Shown: positions 30,639-32,984 of the stretch, in pieces | How the letters are laid out: every line of letters starts with the position of its first letter | Numbering within the stretch: position 1 is the first letter of the stretch | Assembly (NCBI RefSeq): GCF_001194135.2 | Contig: NC_068984.1 | Span: 107,445,249 to 107,478,232 of the forward strand | DNA: 32,984 bases | Reading direction: 5' to 3' | From: Octopus bimaculoides | Lineage: Eukaryota | Translations under genes and position numbers: made by a program | The notes under the pieces: model-generated | What the model saw: only the letters and a program-made list of their open reading frames with translations | The model's database searches: none | What the model was told of the DNA's origin: nothing

Positions 30639-31195
30639 CTACAGTAGGGCTGCTTTGTAGACGACATTTTTGGTTCTTCCTTCAGGAACATAGATGAATA
30701 AGTTGTCTGGATGGTCAACTCTGGAACAACCGACGCATGAAGTTCGAATTCCAGTCCGACAACTTTCAGCGACTGACTTTGTGCTTTGTTAATTGTCATG
30801 GCGAAGCTGCGTTTGAGAGGATACTGAAGTCTCCGCGTACAGTAGCAGCAGCCTGTTGGGGATAGCGGGAATTTCGGAATAAAAGCGGTATCCCGTGATA
30901 ATTTGGGCTTCAATGACGTGGTACATTATTTGTTTTATTGCATAGTGTGGGTTTCATTGCATAGTGTGGGTACGTTTAAATTGCTTATGAGGATGACAGG
31001 GCAACCGACTAAGTGAAGTTCATGAGGAAGAAGCTCTGGAGGATGTTGGGAGTTGAGAAATTCTGTTGGAAAGTGTGTAACCTGATCGAGGTCGGTAATG
31101 GTGTCAACTGGTCTGTAACAACGTTCTTGAGAAGGTAGCTTACTGAGTAAGTCGTGATGAGAACTGTATTTAGAGGTGCAAGAACAGCCTTTTGC
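30639..31195 (-). mobile_element. Helitron PIF1-like helicase C-terminal remnant
   Basis: KAVLAPLN; LLSKLP.QERCYRPVDT..D.DQVTHFPTEFLNS.HPP.L.PHELHL.VGCPVILISNL.VPTLCN; HVIEAQIITG; FIPKFPLSPT..RRLQYPLKRSFAMTINKAQSQSLKVVGL; GRTKNVVYKAALL*. Confidence 0.93.
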
Positions 31196-31890
31196 TAACG
31201 TGCAAATATAGGCAGTTTGCAGTGAATAATCATTGTAAAAATTGTATAACTGTCACAACTTTCAATGAGTAAAAGTAGAGAATATATATCATATGGATTA
31301 ATTTCTGAAGGTGTTTAAAAAATAACTAAAAGTTGATTTAAATTGCATGGCTGCCTCAAGGAAGTGCTAATGTTCAAATATCGGTGGTTTGCAGTGAATG
31401 GACATTGTAAAAACTGTAGCAGAAGACCAAGTGAAAGTAGCGTGACTACGTCGTCAAAAAGTAACGATCGTTGGTATTTGTTATTTACCTATGAGAAGGT
31501 ATCTTCGTACCCTAGGGGCGGCATTACTCATTATGTGGAAAATTTGAAGAGTCTATGACTATCTCTGGAACATAAGTGATGTATGTTCCCAGCGTGAACG
31601 AATGAAAAATATTGATTTGGAGGGAGATCAAGAAAAAGGCCTGTACATACACACACATACATCTTCCGTTTTATTATATATATGAATATATATATTCAAA
31701 TACACATTTATAGCATATGTAAACTTATGAAGGATACAACTATGTTTGACTATTTTTCATTATTGATTTCTCAAAGTTCCTTTTTAGTTCTTTACCTTTA
31801 TTTTGGAACAATATAGTTCTTACATCCATTATTATGGTCTGCAACGATCAGAGGGTTTTTCGGTTTTTGATTTTTTTTTTTTTTGTACAG

Positions 31891-31977
31891 ACCAACTATT
31901 GTGCATGTTGCGTTCACCATGCGTCCTGCATTTAATCGCAAATGGTTTAAGAAATAACTTCGAAACTTATAAAATCG
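31891..31977 (+). CDS. Candidate 87-nt symmetric (phase 1-1) exon, product unidentified
   Basis: Long poly-T tract plus GTACAG acceptor; open frame (D)QLLCMLRSPCVLHLIANGLRNNFETYKI; donor G|GTAACA. Confidence 0.25.
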
Positions 31978-32192
31978 GTAACACTGGGCATAAAAGTTTA
32001 CATGGCTCTGTCATGTTAAAATGTGTGGGCAACATGTCAGTAGCTACAAATTATTACAAAAATTGTATTGCTTCAAATCAAAGATAAAGAAGGGTAAGGG
32101 AATATGGAAAATTCTTCATATAGTAGATGAAACATAAATACGTGCACATATTCACACATCACACATACACACATATTTGTGTGCGTATACAT

Positions 32193-32302
32193 NNNNNNNN
32201 NNNNNNNNNNNNNNNNNNNNNNNNNNNNNNNNNNNNNNNNNNNNNNNNNNNNNNNNNNNNNNNNNNNNNNNNNNNNNNNNNNNNNNNNNNNNNNNNNNNN
32301 NN
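32193..32302. other. Assembly gap (N run)
   Basis: 110 N. Confidence 1.
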
Positions 32303-32448
32303 GAGTTTTTTGTTCTATGTGTGCCATAAATATCGCCATCCGTTTAGAGAAAAATTTGTAGTTGAGAATCAGTAGTTCTTTGACTGCTATTTCTAAATTT
32401 TCAGTATGTTGGAGAAGCAACTCAATGCTAATCCCTGTATATTTATGA

Positions 32449-32449
<1 letters not shown>

Positions 32450-32494
<45 letters not shown>

Positions 32495-32548
32495 TCATAC
32501 ATACATACACATATATACATATATATACATGTATGTTTGTATGTGTGT
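32450..32548. repeat. (TA)n/(CATA)n microsatellite
   Basis: Direct reading. Confidence 0.95.
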
Positions 32549-32885
32549 AAGCAAGTAAAAGTATTTGGTCACGTTTTGCATTCTTACTTTCTTGTATTAA
32601 CATAACAAACGAAAATTGATTGTTAGAATATTAAATGTTTTATTTTCACTTCTTAAACATACATACATATAAAAGAAAATGCTATAATAGGTGTCAATAG
32701 AGAGGAAAAAAATGTTCTCAGTGCCAGGTAATTGTATAATGATGCATTGGTTTATTCAGAACCATGTGCAGCAGCTGAAAATATAAATGAATAAATAAAT
32801 TAACAAATGAAAAAAGCCCAAAATGTATTAACACAATCCCCAAAATGTATTAATAGTTACAAAATATGAACTTCATTTCGAAATT

Positions 32886-32984
32886 ACACACACACACACA
32901 CACACAAACACACACACGCACACACATACATACTCACAAAGGCACACACATGCATACGTATATAAAGGTACATATGAATATATA
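32886..32984. repeat. (CA)n/TA-rich microsatellite
   Basis: Direct reading. Confidence 0.95.

Overview
AT-rich eukaryotic (animal) genomic DNA with five N-gaps and dense simple repeats. The repeat families, SINE types and microsatellite load point to an octopus (coleoid cephalopod) draft scaffold; this is inference, not a database match. No intact host gene or intact transposon ORF could be identified, and most ORFs in the supplied track are microsatellite or N-gap artefacts. The window is a transposon graveyard. It holds four decayed RLE-type (R4/Dong-like) non-LTR retrotransposon pieces, three of them stacked between trinucleotide microsatellites at 5.7-7.9 kb. It also holds a Penelope-like GIY-YIG remnant, a CR1/L2/Jockey-group LINE 3' end, two mariner elements, a Tc1 fragment, a hAT transposase, a Copia RT-RNaseH remnant, a Helitron helicase remnant, a DINE-1/HINE-like element and many copies of at least four SINE-like families. 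The most interesting signal is three separate minimal type-I hammerhead-ribozyme-like motifs in three unrelated repeats. One has a compensatory G3-C8 core swap (1452-1504, minus), one has a 3-nt core insertion (14759-14795), and one has a canonical core inside a ~335-bp tandem unit with retrozyme-like architecture (24213-24760). None has been shown to cleave. Other notable items are inverted SINE pairs or foldbacks (possible dsRNA/ADAR substrates) and a 27-nt candidate microexon with a perfect TACTAAC branch point.
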